A DNA stretch of 61,707 nucleotides, the filler included, from Choristocarpus tenellus KU-1152 (Eukaryota > Protista > Phaeophyceae): NCBI GenBank assembly GCA_964200185.2. It is 8 parts of 8 records of this genome, joined end to end, with 100 filler letters (N's around TTAATTAATTAA, not from the genome) between each part and the next. Parts side by side here need not be neighbours in the genome. Positions count along the whole stretch, not along the records: positions 28,565 to 45,795 come from CAXNAD020000699.1; positions 45,896 to 48,963 come from CAXNAD020022544.1; positions 49,064 to 58,892 come from CAXNAD020003355.1; 5 more parts are not named here. One strand, written 5' to 3'. A program made the translations under genes and the position numbers. Under the pieces are notes generated by a model. It was given only the letters and a program-made list of their open reading frames with translations, was not told the DNA's origin and searched no databases. Shown here piece by piece: positions 40,301 through 52,700 of this stretch (the stretch's first letter is position 1; every line of letters begins with the position of its first letter).

Positions 40301-43300
40301 AGCTGTGAAATGATATGAAAACGAGGTGACTGATTCTCCTCTGGATGGAGCATGATTTGACCTCTTACTCATGGGAACCTTTTTGTTCTTCAATATGGGC
40401 CTACATACTACACCAACAGATATGTCTAATCAAAATGATGTTTCACTAGAGCTCTGAAATACCCAGGTTCACAATTTGGACGAAGTCAACAGTTCACATT
40501 CAAGCACAGTCAGCTTGGCACCAAACTACAGAATACAAAAACGTGTGATATCTCAGGAGATTAGATAAATTTCGGCTCGTAACACACTCGTAACAGGACC
40601 GTATGGGATACACAGTTACAACACACGTGGAGCATGACATCATCACGACATGCTACGAACCCTTGCTCACCTCATCGAGCAGAACATCCAAAATATAAAT
40701 CATTATTGCTGAACGACGGTGCTCAGTTCGTAACACAAACCACTTTTTTGGAAACATCCCTCCCTTAGAAGGCTTTTCTCGCAAATCTTGCAAAACCTGA
40801 AGGTTGTGAGGTCACAGGAAGAGGCCGACAAGGGTGGGGGTGGTGGTGAGACACCACAGTATGCATTATGTGTGTGTGTGCGAACATATATAGATATGTC
40901 TAGATTCATATGTGGAGGCAGATTGAACCTACAAATTATACCCAAAAACCCTGAGATATGGAAAAAAAAATTATGTAGACGTATGATGGAGGTGATGTTG
41001 AACAAGGAAAATATTGTGTGACAACAATCAAGAAAGAGCTTTAAAAACACAAGGTATTGGGTCAATTCAACTCCCCAGCAGAGACATTCACTGACTCACC
41101 TGCTCTGGTCATAAAATACACCAACAGTAACCAAGAGTACAACTTGTCGGCAACTGCTAGGAGTCACCTTTTGAGGTCTTGGGGTTTAGGGGGAGGGCTT
41201 CCCTGGCATCGAGATGAAATAGTGCAGCCTAAAACATGGCACATTCTGCTCTGAGGAATAGGAGCAATACATGCGCTGGTGTTGCCAACAAGCATTTCAA
41301 AAGGGTTGAAATGCCTTTTCTTCCTCTTGTACAGTCACCGCATTGTTGGATCATTAGCACTTCGCACAAAGTATCATGCTGTAAATAAGATGAAGCAGCA
41401 TGTGTCACACGGGTACACAGGGTTACCTATAACAAGCTCGCACACACACTGCTTTCATGTGACATACAAGGCGCCAAACAAACACAGAGGTGTTGCCTCC
41501 TACAACTCTCTTCCTAATTCACACACAATAGTGCAATCACCTCCAGCATGCTCTGCATGTGATACTTGACCAAATGAAGTGGAGACATAATTTTCTCATC
41601 CTTCTTGACCTCAAGTTCACACCTGTCCAGCTTCGTGAAGAGTGTCTGACGAGTCTGAGTTACATAGATTATCACACCCACACACACAGAGACAGACACA
41701 ATGCAAGGGCGATGTGTTGAGTGTCTACATGCCTTGGGAAGAGCAAGAAGGCTTGCATGTCGGGGAAAGGCAAAAGACAAGGGAGCAGGGAAAATAAACG
41801 GTAAGATGTAAAGGACTGCATCATCAGTAGTAGTACAACTACACCAGAAGCAGGTCCGTTTTTCAATTCAATCCTCATCTCTTGGCACAGAGGTCAAGGG
41901 GCCAACGACTGAGCTGTTGACATGAACGAATACAAGTAATGTGGAAAGTCTTCACGTTGTGAGGTAGAGCAAGCACAAGGGTGGTGCCCGAGAGGAGGCA
42001 GGAATCCAACATACCTAGCACAGTAGCAGTAGTGTAGTGAATCGTTCTATTAGTACTATAGCACCTAGTCTTAAAGGCCAAGACCTGACTCTAACGACTC
42101 AATTTTGCCCTAATTCCAGTGCCCATGCCCTTTTACCGACCTGAAATACTGCAGCTTTCTCACATGGGCTCAAAGAGCGCATGACTCCCACTGCAGGCCG
42201 ATTAGAGAATGTCCTGGACCACAGAGAGGAGATACATCAAGTTTGGGCAAGAGATAGTTGCAGTGTAGGTCAGTAGCTGAAAGGACAAAAGCGACCCGTA
42301 TAAATATGCAGTCTTCCACTCATGTAACTGCCCCCGCCTGCCACCCAAAACACAAAGCATATAATGAAATCAACAATTGATGGTATACATGCATCACCGT
42401 TCCGCCCTAACACACTGATACACAATAATCCACAATCACACGTATATTAACATGCACTCATGCAACACCAAACTCAGCCTACCACCCACAACAAAATTTC
42501 ATTCAAGACATTTCCCAAAAAGACTGACCCTTGCCTGTCCTTTTTGCACACAAGCCAGGCAACAGGACACAAAAGACAGTCAGAAGTGATCCCCCGCACT
42601 ACCATTGTGAGCATTTCCCTTTCATGCCCGTCACATGCCAGGAGTCCCATGGCCTCTGCCATAGCCGGGTAGACAGTAGAGAGGGGCACCTTTACTGCAT
42701 ATCCCTCACACTGTCTACAACGTGCTGTGGCCATCAGCCAGCGGGCATCATGTGCTAACTGGTTGTGGTGATTCAAAATCGGATAGCTTTAAAAAGAAAT
42801 TAAATGTTCTAGTAGGAGTCGGCGAACCACAACTGACAACAGTAGTAGACATTGATACTCCTATACCTTGAAAAAGAGAGTAGACACGCGCCGCTCTGTG
42901 TTTATTGATATCACATTACTCGGGGTAACATTGTGCCCAATACTATAGGAGGCATCATCACCACACTTCAAAACCTAGAAACAGTGAAACGAGACGTCGA
43001 TGGACGCACGGGTAGTGAAATTAAGATCCATCTCTCTTCGCCACCAAGTTTCAGTCGTCCAGAACATCGACGATCCCCTCCCCAACCCACACAATCAGTG
43101 TCTACTCCTCTCCCCAGCATGTTTTTCTTCTAAAACTGTATCCTCCAGGACACCAGACTGTTTGTACCATCACAGAGCAATAGTTCAACCCTCAGTTGTG
43201 CCTTCCATAATATACAAATATATACATACTTTTGAACAAACTGGTGTGTGCGTGTGTCAATGTCAAGATGTACCCTTAAAAGGGAGGAAACTCGCCTGGA

Positions 43301-44634
43301 AGGTGGGGAAACCACAAAACGATGCGCACTCTGCGTTTCTATGAGACTAAAATTTTACAGGTCCCCCACTCCCACAATACCTTTTCAACATACAGTCCTC
43401 TACACTTCAAATCGTTTAGGTCAATGTAGAAAAAACGCCCCTGTCCTCTCCCAACACCAAGAATTCTGTGTATATTGCAAAAACGTCAAACAATAAAAAC
43501 AATAAACAAACTTACTTTCTTTCGATAAATAATCGTTCAAACTTGCAGTGCATTATCCGTCCACAGAATAATAAAAAGAAAAAATAATAATCAGAAAAAT
43601 CGAACTTTCAACAACCTTTTTCTACACCTAGGCAAACACTATGTATGCCAAATAATAAAAAAAGGGAATAACCCACACATACGCCCTTAGAAAAAAAGAA
43701 GAAAACTCTGTCAACACCTAACTACCTCGTCCGGGCACCATTTTTTTGGAATCCAAACAGATGGGCCTGAAAATAAAATAAAACGAACCGTACAATGATA
43801 CAAGTATGAACAAGACATACACATTACAACCTTCATTACATAAATGATCTAAATATTATCATCTATTGATCCACCTGGGCACTACTGCACCCTCCACACA
43901 GATCTCCGTCTAACCTCCCGATGGTCTTACCACGAGGACAGCATAGCATGTGGAGAGCTGCCTAGTCCGCAGTTGGTAGTGTAGCGAACCATGGGAAAAG
44001 GATTACGTAGGCTCGTCTGTACTCCTCAGAGCATCATTGTCATAGCCAAAAACAAAGAAGTGTCATAGAAGAAAGTTGCATTTCAGTGAGTGACCAGCAT
44101 CACAAAAAGCACAAGGCGAGGGAGGAGGAGGAAGGGAGGGAGGGGGGGAAGCGTGAGGGAGTGATGCAGGGTTAAACGCAGCATTGATACGAGTGAACTC
44201 AAAATCGATGCTCAAACTTGCCCACTCAAGCAAGCGCCGTCCTCATCACTGCATCACCTTGCATAATGCTAAGGATGTGGTATCTTATCTACAAGTCCTT
44301 TCTGAAAAGAGCACAAATACTTCGCATGGGAGTATCAGGTACTAATTGATGCCAAAATGGGTCACACACACACACAATACACAATACACAATACACAATA
44401 CACGATACATGATACACGATACAGGATACATGGGGAACAAACCTCTCGCATAGGGACTGTGATGTCGATGACTCCCTTTTGACTAGAAATCTTAAGCCGT
44501 GCAACAGATCCATCAACAGGGAAAGGATACACCAGTGTGTGGCTGAACCCCCCATCTACTGATCCCTTTCCCAGGTCGTGCTTCTTCTTCTTCTTTCCTC
44601 CCTCAGGCTGTTTATCAATAGCCCCAATAACAAC
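37387..44634 (-). CDS. zf-MYND protein of the fungal-type large MYND family, 3' exons (5' part not found before contig end)
   Basis: Eight phase-consistent exons: 44634-44443 (YPFPVD..ARLKISSQKGVIDI), 44016-43931, 42213-42141, 41654-41541, 40796-40671, 39985-39845, 38678-38490 (EAELW..LP..ERGR..H..CEY...CDCGQG), 37992-37387 (SPLFP...CAKC..KRCSKCKIARYCSRECQRRHWKVHKREC). Confidence 0.88.
44372..44430. repeat. Intronic microsatellite (ATACACA/ATACACG)n
   Basis: Visible 7-bp tandem. Other SSRs: (GACT)n 45620-45661, (ATT)n 23917-23942, (AAT)n 61438-61461. Confidence 0.9.
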
Positions 44635-45895
44635 CTTGCAACATGTCCACGGCAAAGGGGATGATACCAAAAAAAGATTAATTATAGTATATAGAGGCGT
44701 TAGAACAGTTACAGAATCACCCCCCAAAAAATAAATAAATAAATAAATAAATAGTAGCGTAAATAAATAGCATCCCAAAAACATCTCAAACCAGATCAAA
44801 ACTCGGTTTGAGTCGAAATTTATTCAAAACAAAATCTATTGAGGATGTGGATATTTATGGGGGTTATCGTGCAGTGGTCCCAAAACGAGTCCCAGCAGGG
44901 CAGGAGGACACGCAATGATGGTTAACACAGGATTAAAACAAGACATGGGGTATGGCAAGCAAAATGCTGGACTGGGTCAAATCAGATGGAACTGTTGGGT
45001 TGGGTTGAGGAGTTGAAGGCTTCAGACCTTGTGAAGGTAATTATGCAAAAGAGAGCTTCCAATAGTCTTTTCATTATGCTGTATGGATGTGTTTATTGGT
45101 GGAGTGAGCACTACCCTCAAGGTGGGGGGTGCTCTCCCTTGTTATCTAATTCATTCGTCATCAAACACGTCAGAAATATGTTTGAAATATGTTTGTGACA
45201 GTTACACTACGTCAGTCACTTTTACACTATAAACCATATAGACCACCAGTCTATATTGCACAGTAATCAGTGCTGTGGACTGTGCCCCCAACCCCCCCTC
45301 CCATCCATTTCACAGAGGAGAACATGAAAGTAAGCGATGCACATTGACTGGTGTTGGGATGTGAACAGCCAGGTAGGAATTAGGTATGGGAGATTGAGGA
45401 TGTTTGGTGGGGCCAGCTCATTGTGCAATTGTTGAGGGTTAGGGAAATGAACACTCAGATGCGACCAATCAACACAAACGGATCTGACCAAGGTATTGAA
45501 CAGTATACCGCTGAGGTACTAACCAATGCTCTCACAAGAAGTGTATAAATGTCTATGCCGCCATTTTGAACGAGTCAGGAAGAATCAGTGACGACCGACC
45601 TTTAGTTAACCACGTACGTGATGACTGACTGACTGACTGACTGGCTGACTGGCTGACTGACAAGAGTTCGTACATACTCCATCACAGAAACATTGATGAG
45701 AAAACCAGATCGATAGTTTGTCGACAGGGATGGGTACACTTGCAACTGGAGTACAAAAAAAAAAATGTACACACCATTGCTCCCCCCCCCACCCCNNNNN
45801 NNNNNNNNNNNNNNNNNNNNNNNNNNNNNNNNNNNNNNNTTAATTAATTAANNNNNNNNNNNNNNNNNNNNNNNNNNNNNNNNNNNNNNNNNNNN

Positions 45896-45994
45896 ACCCA
45901 TCCGAAAAAACAAGCCAAATCACCCAAAAGTTGCGACATTGAAAAATAGGTCCAAAATGGACAGCCGGCACCCCCCCCCCAGATACTTTGAGCC
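45896..45994 (-). mobile_element. MITE family B, truncated at contig start
   Basis: CCAAATCACCCAAAAGTTGCGACAT...CCAAAATGGACAGCCGGCA-polyC-AGATACTTTGAGCC. Confidence 0.8.
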
Positions 45995-46049
45995 AGGTCG
46001 ATACGGTTACTTGTGGTGCAAATGAAATTATCTGACCCAGCCGCATCTT

Positions 46050-47646
46050 TCAGCCCTTCCCATTCAAACTCTTTCCCCCCCCACTCTTATCACTCACTAT
46101 GTGAGTCGCTAGCTCATGGAAAAACTGCTCCTTTGTGGAAGGAGATGCACGAGTAGTTCCACTGTGAAGGTGTTTAGGTTAAAACCGCAAGGGTCAAAAT
46201 ATCTATTGTGGATGAATTGTGTTTGCTGACCTTAGGTACTGCAGTAGTGACACTATTGTTAGATGAAGATAGATGCCTGTAGGTGGTCGATAGCCTGGAC
46301 CTCATCAAAGGGCGCGGTATTCAAGAGGATACCCTCTTCTCAGCGTAGTGCAATGATCATCACGTTAGACAGTGTGATGCCGCATCCATATGAAAACTCC
46401 GCCCAGTGATGAGAGGGGTCCCATATCCAGATTGTACGGGCTACTCATTATTCTCCAGACATTGGTATATTGCTTCAAACAACCTACTTGTCCATCAGCC
46501 CTACATAGGGTAAGGATGTGGATGCCTGGTGTCAATATCCGGCATTCTGCATTCAGCTGATTGTGCTTGGAATTGCACAGATAGGATATGTCTTGTAGGT
46601 TCCACAGGTTGTGTGGTTAATGTGTTGGCCCTGGCTCATGCAGCATGTTAGAGCCAGAGTGAAAGATTATGTTACTCGCGCCAGGTCAGGAGGGAGGCTG
46701 GCAGCTGTGTGTGGAAGGCAGCAAAGAAAGCAGACCCTATTAATTAAGAATGTGATTTAGATGCTAGTCTTATTCCTTCAACGCTGTGTGTGCTGCCAGG
46801 GTGGGAACCTTTGGGGCTTGTACAAGCCAAGTCCACCCTGGACAAACTGATTGTTGCAACCAGGGAGTCAGTAGACTACAAAAGATACCACTACACATTT
46901 CAACAAGCATTGAACCTGCATGGTGATGCTGGAGCAGATGGCTGCGGCACACACCTCACCAGAAGCCCCATGTTGTATCAATTCGAGGGTTGGGAGGGTG
47001 GCTGTGAGCACATAAGTGGCATGTCGGCAGTGGAGCATCGAGGACAATTATAAATCTCCAGCACTTTTCGATTTCTGAGCTTGGATCTCCTGATGTATCC
47101 CCAAGTAAAGAGACCCATTTTCTCACCCCAAGTCGAAACTTACAGTTGTTTCAGGGAAGTCTGCCACTACCACTATCTTTTTCAGTGCACACAAAGATGT
47201 TTTGTCCACCTGCTCCATTGACGGAACTGCCAATTACTCTGTATTGACAATGTAGACCATGTAACAATAGACATGTATGGAGTGGTCAATTAACTTATCT
47301 TCCATCTCGCTTAGGTGTGTGGGTAGGGTTTATGAACCTGATCACCACACGAGCTCTCTACCACTTGAGGTTGTATAAAGTGTCTGTGCCCATAGGTACA
47401 CTCAGGGCTACAAAACCAATGATCCTTGGCGAAATTAATGCTCACATTGGCGAGGAGTTCCATCACTAACGATGAAGGCTGGTGGCCCTTCACATTTGTA
47501 GTGAGGACAGAGGTAGAGGTTAGGGACATGAGTGCAGATGAGGGGTTGCGGGCAGGGTAAAGGTTTCACCGCTTTATCAACTTGGGAGACAGATGGGGCA
47601 ATGCTCTGTAGAATTGGTCTAAGGTCTTTGGGTGGGCAAGGGTTGA
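46050..47646 (-). mobile_element. Highly decayed CRE/R2-like non-LTR retrotransposon
   Basis: Minus-strand fragments in the expected order: ESSCGDQ (S.xG.QQG), GRLP*NNCK (GL.LN..K), GSLYLG, QGGLGL, and D..H...RHH.V.RD...PG.RP. Many stops. Confidence 0.5.
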
Positions 47647-47915
47647 GAGTGAGCATATCTTAGAGGGTAGGAGTTTTGCCCTGTTTGTCCGTTTGGGGTT
47701 TGGCTTCTCACAGGTTTTTTAATGATATTTTCCTACTCCAAAACTTCGGAGTAGGTAAAATGTACACGTTTTTGGAGTAGGTATGAAAAGGTGTGTCCGG
47801 AATAAGGACATTGACACTTTCTAACAAACACTATAGCCAAAATTACATCAAAATCGCAACATTGGATTTTGGTCTCCGAACGCACGAGGCTCTACACTCT
47901 AAGATACTTTGACTC
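47647..47915 (-). mobile_element. MITE family A copy 4
   Basis: GAGTGAGCATATCTTAGAGGG...CTCTAAGATACTTTGACTC. Flanks share only 3 bp (TGA). Carries an extra TTGGAGTAGGTA arm. Confidence 0.88.
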
Positions 47916-48039
47916 TGAGGTCCCCTATTGTGGACGAGGTACGTCGATGAAGCTCAGTGATACCTCTTAGTCGAGTCTTGGCGGCCACTACTTCTCCTGT
48001 CTCCTCTCAATACTGCTGCGTCCCACCTCTCCTGCAGTT

Positions 48040-48297
48040 GAGCGAAAGTATCTTGGAGGGTGAGCCGCGTCCATTTGTGGACCAAAATCCAGTGTTGCGA
48101 TTTTAATGTAATTTTGGCTATCGTGTTTGTTAGGAAGTGTCAATATCCATGTTCCGGACACACCTTTTCATAACATGTACATTTTACCTACTCCTAAGCA
48201 TTTTGGAGTAGGAAAATGTCATAAAAAACCCTGTGGGAAGTCAAGCCCCAAATGGACAAACAGGGAAAAACTCGTATCCTTGAAGATACTTTCACTC
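48040..48297 (+). mobile_element. MITE family A copy 5
   Basis: GAGCGAAAGTATCTTGGAGGG...TCCTTGAAGATACTTTCACTC. Flanks share 3 bp (GTT). Confidence 0.88.
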
Positions 48298-48858
48298 GTT
48301 ACGCTGTTGTCATCCCCAGCCCCCACAAAGTGAAAATGATGATGATCACAAACCATAATAACTATTCCTGCTCAATTCGTCCTGCAACTCCTACCTCACT
48401 TGGCATTTCAGGCAGTGTTGTAAGGCTGACAGGTGTTGGTAATCGCCAACTACTTCTCTTCCGAAAATGAGTTAGATAAGCCACCAACAGGATCATTGTG
48501 ACACAAATCTGTGGTACCAGTTCCCACATGTCCACACTTAGTGTCCCCACTGTCCTGCCTAAAGCCATTGTCTCCAGAACCTTGAATACTATTAATACTT
48601 ACTCTGTACTCAGTATATATATCCGAGCAAAGAGCTCTAAAGCAATTTGAAGCTGGAGGTGATTTAAAACATGCTTTACAATAGTGCCACCAAATAAAAC
48701 CTACTATATTACTGTTCCTCATCTTGAGATTTGGGCTACTCATCCCAAATGAAAGAAAGGGTGTGGTTGACCCGATTGGCAATGTACGGTCTAACCAACA
48801 TGTGATAGGAGGGGGTAGGTTAATAAAATGGAATGGTGCGCCCTAACCTAGGTGAAAG

Positions 48859-48963
48859 GGCTCAAAGTATCTGGGGGGGGGGGGGGGGGGCGGCTGTCCA
48901 TTTGGGACCAATTTTTTCATGTCGCGATTTTTTGGTGATTTGGTTCCATTCGTCGGATGGATA
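48859..48963 (+). mobile_element. MITE family B, truncated at contig end
   Basis: GGCTCAAAGTATCT-G18-CGGCTGTCCATTTGGG... Confidence 0.82.
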
Positions 48964-49086
48964 NNNNNNNNNNNNNNNNNNNNNNNNNNNNNNNNNNNNN
49001 NNNNNNNTTAATTAATTAANNNNNNNNNNNNNNNNNNNNNNNNNNNNNNNNNNNNNNNNNNNNAGGAGAAACAACTTGGTTCCTCC

Positions 49087-49120
<34 letters not shown>

Positions 49121-49799
49121 ATGTGTAACCTCTTTTTGCAGGTACCTTTATCCTCTCCATGCCTTTGTTGTTGTTCAATCGAAGAACAAGGTCTTGATCC
49201 TTGTGCAAGCAATTCTGGTGAACAAATGACCTCCTTTGAGTTTCCTTTGCAGCACTTGAGGGAAGTGCAAATAGACTTGCAACCTGAGGTAGGTACCTAC
49301 ACTCTGCAACCAAGAAGGTGTAGGCATGACTTGGGGAATGTGAAGTTAGGTGAGTGTTGAGACAATCACTGTGGAGGGAAAGAATGACTAAGAGGGAAGA
49401 GGCCAAGACAAGGAGTGTGAAGGCCTTATCTAGTAGACTCAGTATGTACCTAAATTCCAGCTTAAGTCAAGCACAAGCTGAGGCGTGCACAGCTAGTTAG
49501 TATTATTGCGGAATCGTTCAGGACTCCTATCTTCATTCCACCATAGTTTTCTGGTGTGGTGTTTCTTCCTATCGTTTATGTTCAATGCACATCTTCATCA
49601 CAGATACTGATACAGCCATGGGTAGAGGAGGGGAAGGTGGCATCAAGGAAGTCATCCTTCTGCCTGTGACTCATGTCAATAATATCAGGATAGGTTCCTC
49701 TGTTTGAACAAAGACCTGAACCAGATGCTTCAATTACTTAAGATCCCTATGCTCGCTTGAGCAGAATATGTGAATCCTTTTAATTGCCATCTGACCTCC

Positions 49800-52700
49800 T
49801 TTTGTGTTTTGACAATTTGCTATTTTTTTTCGGGAATTATCTCATGATGTCCTCTGCGTGGTCCTTTTCTCTTCTCACCTTCACTACAATCCTATTTAAT
49901 AGTTTGAACTGTGTCACTGTGACTAGGATGTAAGGGATCGCAACTCATCCTGAAGAAATGTGAGTAGATTTGGCAATGAAGTCAACAAGGTGTAGGGCTT
50001 GCATTACTTGCACAGTACATACAAAAGTAGACCCTTGCAGGAACTATGCCATAGAATGAATACTGAAAGTATGCTGGAGTAGAGACATCCATCAACATAG
50101 AGTTGCGCAGGCCATCGGAAGTAGTGTTTTCTGCTGCCCCTTGGCTCATTTTGCTTCACTGTTGCAGTCTCTGCGTAGTTCCTAGTGGAACTGACTTCAT
50201 GCCATGCCAATGCCAGGCTTATGAGGAGAACTGATTACACACTGAAGGCTGACAAAAGATTTCTAATCAAGCTCTTTCTGCGTTTAGGTGGTCCACCAAT
50301 CCTTGATATTTGGGTTGGCTACTGTAGGTCACACTTGTGCTTTTGGAAGGTGAAGCAAAGATAAATGCAAGTGTGGACTACAATCTGATTTACTTGCTTA
50401 GGGTGGTGTTACTTCCTCTTGTTGTTTCACCTCACTAGGCCAAAGTGTTTCTGGATGTGCTCTGTGAAACATCAGGAGATATAAACCATGACTCCCATTA
50501 TACCGATACTACTATGTATGCCACACTATCCCCTGTGGCCTTTGCTGGCCTTGTCAAGGATGTGTCCCTTGTTGGGATTGTCAAAATCGCCTCGAACCTA
50601 ACAAAGTCTGGTCATAATTTGGTACTTGGGCGGGATTGTTTTCAACTTTGCTTTTGCTTGTAGCTTCTCCCTTTTTGTGGGCCGCCTTGCATTCAACTCT
50701 TTGCTGCAGCCTTTGAATTCCATGGCGACATCATCTGTCCTCAATAGTGATGCTTGCTGGGAAAGTGGAAAGTGGATGTTGACCTACAGGAGTACCGTGG
50801 GCTTAAGAGTGGTCTCTGCGATGGACCAACTGTGAACATGGCAGGGATGCATGGCGAGGAGCACAGTGACAAGATGCAATGTAGCCATTGCCAGCAGGTC
50901 AAGGTAGGTACTATGCAGATTTGGTAGTTGGAGAAAATGATTGCCTAACAAGGTGATTACATCTATTATTGTAATCTATCCAACGGTATCATTGTTGATT
51001 GGAAGCCTGGAGATGGTCGAAAATGGGTTGATGAATGTGCAAGCTCAGCTACCTCACGTTTATAATCAGCCTCTTGATCCCTGTTGGGTTTGCTGGGTGT
51101 TATTAGTCTGATCACAAGTTTTCTGTGTTTCCCTTTTGTGTGTATAGTCTTCAATAACTTGAGCTGTGCTCGATGAACAGCAATCAATAGCTTCCGCAGC
51201 ACTTCTCTCTGCTCTGTGAGTGTTGCATGGAAGGACAACAAGCATGCTAGTCAATTGGTGACAACATCTTGAATGAAGGCCATAAGCGTACTGCATAGTG
51301 TATCATCTACTGATTGGAGGGAGAAGGAAACCTCTTACATTATGTTCATATTTTTTTGTTGAATGGACTCAAGTCGCCCTTCTTGGTAACAAAGAAACTT
51401 TGCATTACCTTTTTTTGTCTCACCCTAGTCCTTGCTGAGCTTTTCCATACAGCATAGTTTAGTTCCTCCGAGGTAAGCTGCCAGCTGTTTCATTTGAGAG
51501 GAGGGCCAAGTGACATTTCCGATATAACAAAACGCTTCCCATATACAAATGCGTTTCTTCATCTGGAGCATGCTTTTATCACCACGCACACCATCTTCAG
51601 CAGGGCTTAAGATTATAATGGCCGTGAGCAATGATAAACACAGGCCTGTGATTCTGCCCCCCTTTCTACACTGCCTTCACAAGGCTATATGTAGCCTAGA
51701 AATACATCTAGTTGTGACATCCGGTTCTTGCTATTCCATAAAATCCAAGTATTGTAGGGGAAGATATCTTTGTGGAAAGCGTTACATGTCGTGATAGGTT
51801 CATTACTCTCTGTATATGAAGTTGGTGCGTTTCTTAATGCTTTCAATTGTTTCGATTTATGCCTATTGTTGGGTTTTTTTTAGGGTGGTTGAGGAGGAAG
51901 CAGCTAACTGTACTTACAGCTCAGATGTTTCCCAGTAGTTGCGAGGTTTAGACCACATTTTGCCTTTTACCCAACCCTTACGCACTACCACATCAAAACC
52001 TCCAAAGGTCTGTCAGGGACGTGAAGATGTCACAGAGTAGCTATAACAACAAATTGCAAAAATATTCAGCGTTGCCAATGAGCCAAAGTATCTTAGAGGG
52101 CAGGGCTGCGTCCATTTGGGGGCCAAAATCCAATGTTGCGATTTTGATGTAATTTTGGCTTCCGTATTTGTTAGGAAGTGTCGATATCCATGTTCCGGAC
52201 ACACCATTTCATAATGTATACATTTTACCTACTCCGAAACATTTTGGAGTGGAAAAATGTCATTAAAAAAAACACGGGAAGCCAAGCCCCAAATGGACAA
52301 ACAGGGTAAAACTCGTTCCCTCTAAGATTCTTCCACTCCAATGCCCAGAGACAATTGTGTGGAATTTCTCAACAAACCAGTTCCCATTTATACACCTCTG
52401 GGTTACACCCCCTTTGAAGGCATCAAACGAACATAATACCTTCTGACCATCTCTATGCTTGACGCACAAGAACCAATGGTTATGGTTATCAAGCCTTTTC
52501 AAGTGTTGTACCCTATGCATGTTCCCTAAATCATTGTCGGGTGTTGGCAAGGTGACCACCCCATCCTCAAAGGGTATGTCTTGTCACTACATATCCACAA
52601 TTGCCTTGCATGTGGACTGAACACTTGTTTCTACTCCCTAGAAACCCCAGGTTGCTTCAACAGCATGTCAAGTAGGTGCAGCAAATGTTAGAGGCAAACC

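Noticed and set aside
2689-48333. Recurrent short ORFs MLGSVNI.VPDTPF (2689, 9317, 48127) resembling a peptide family
   Set aside because: They are translations of MITE family A with inconsistent frames and stops between copies.
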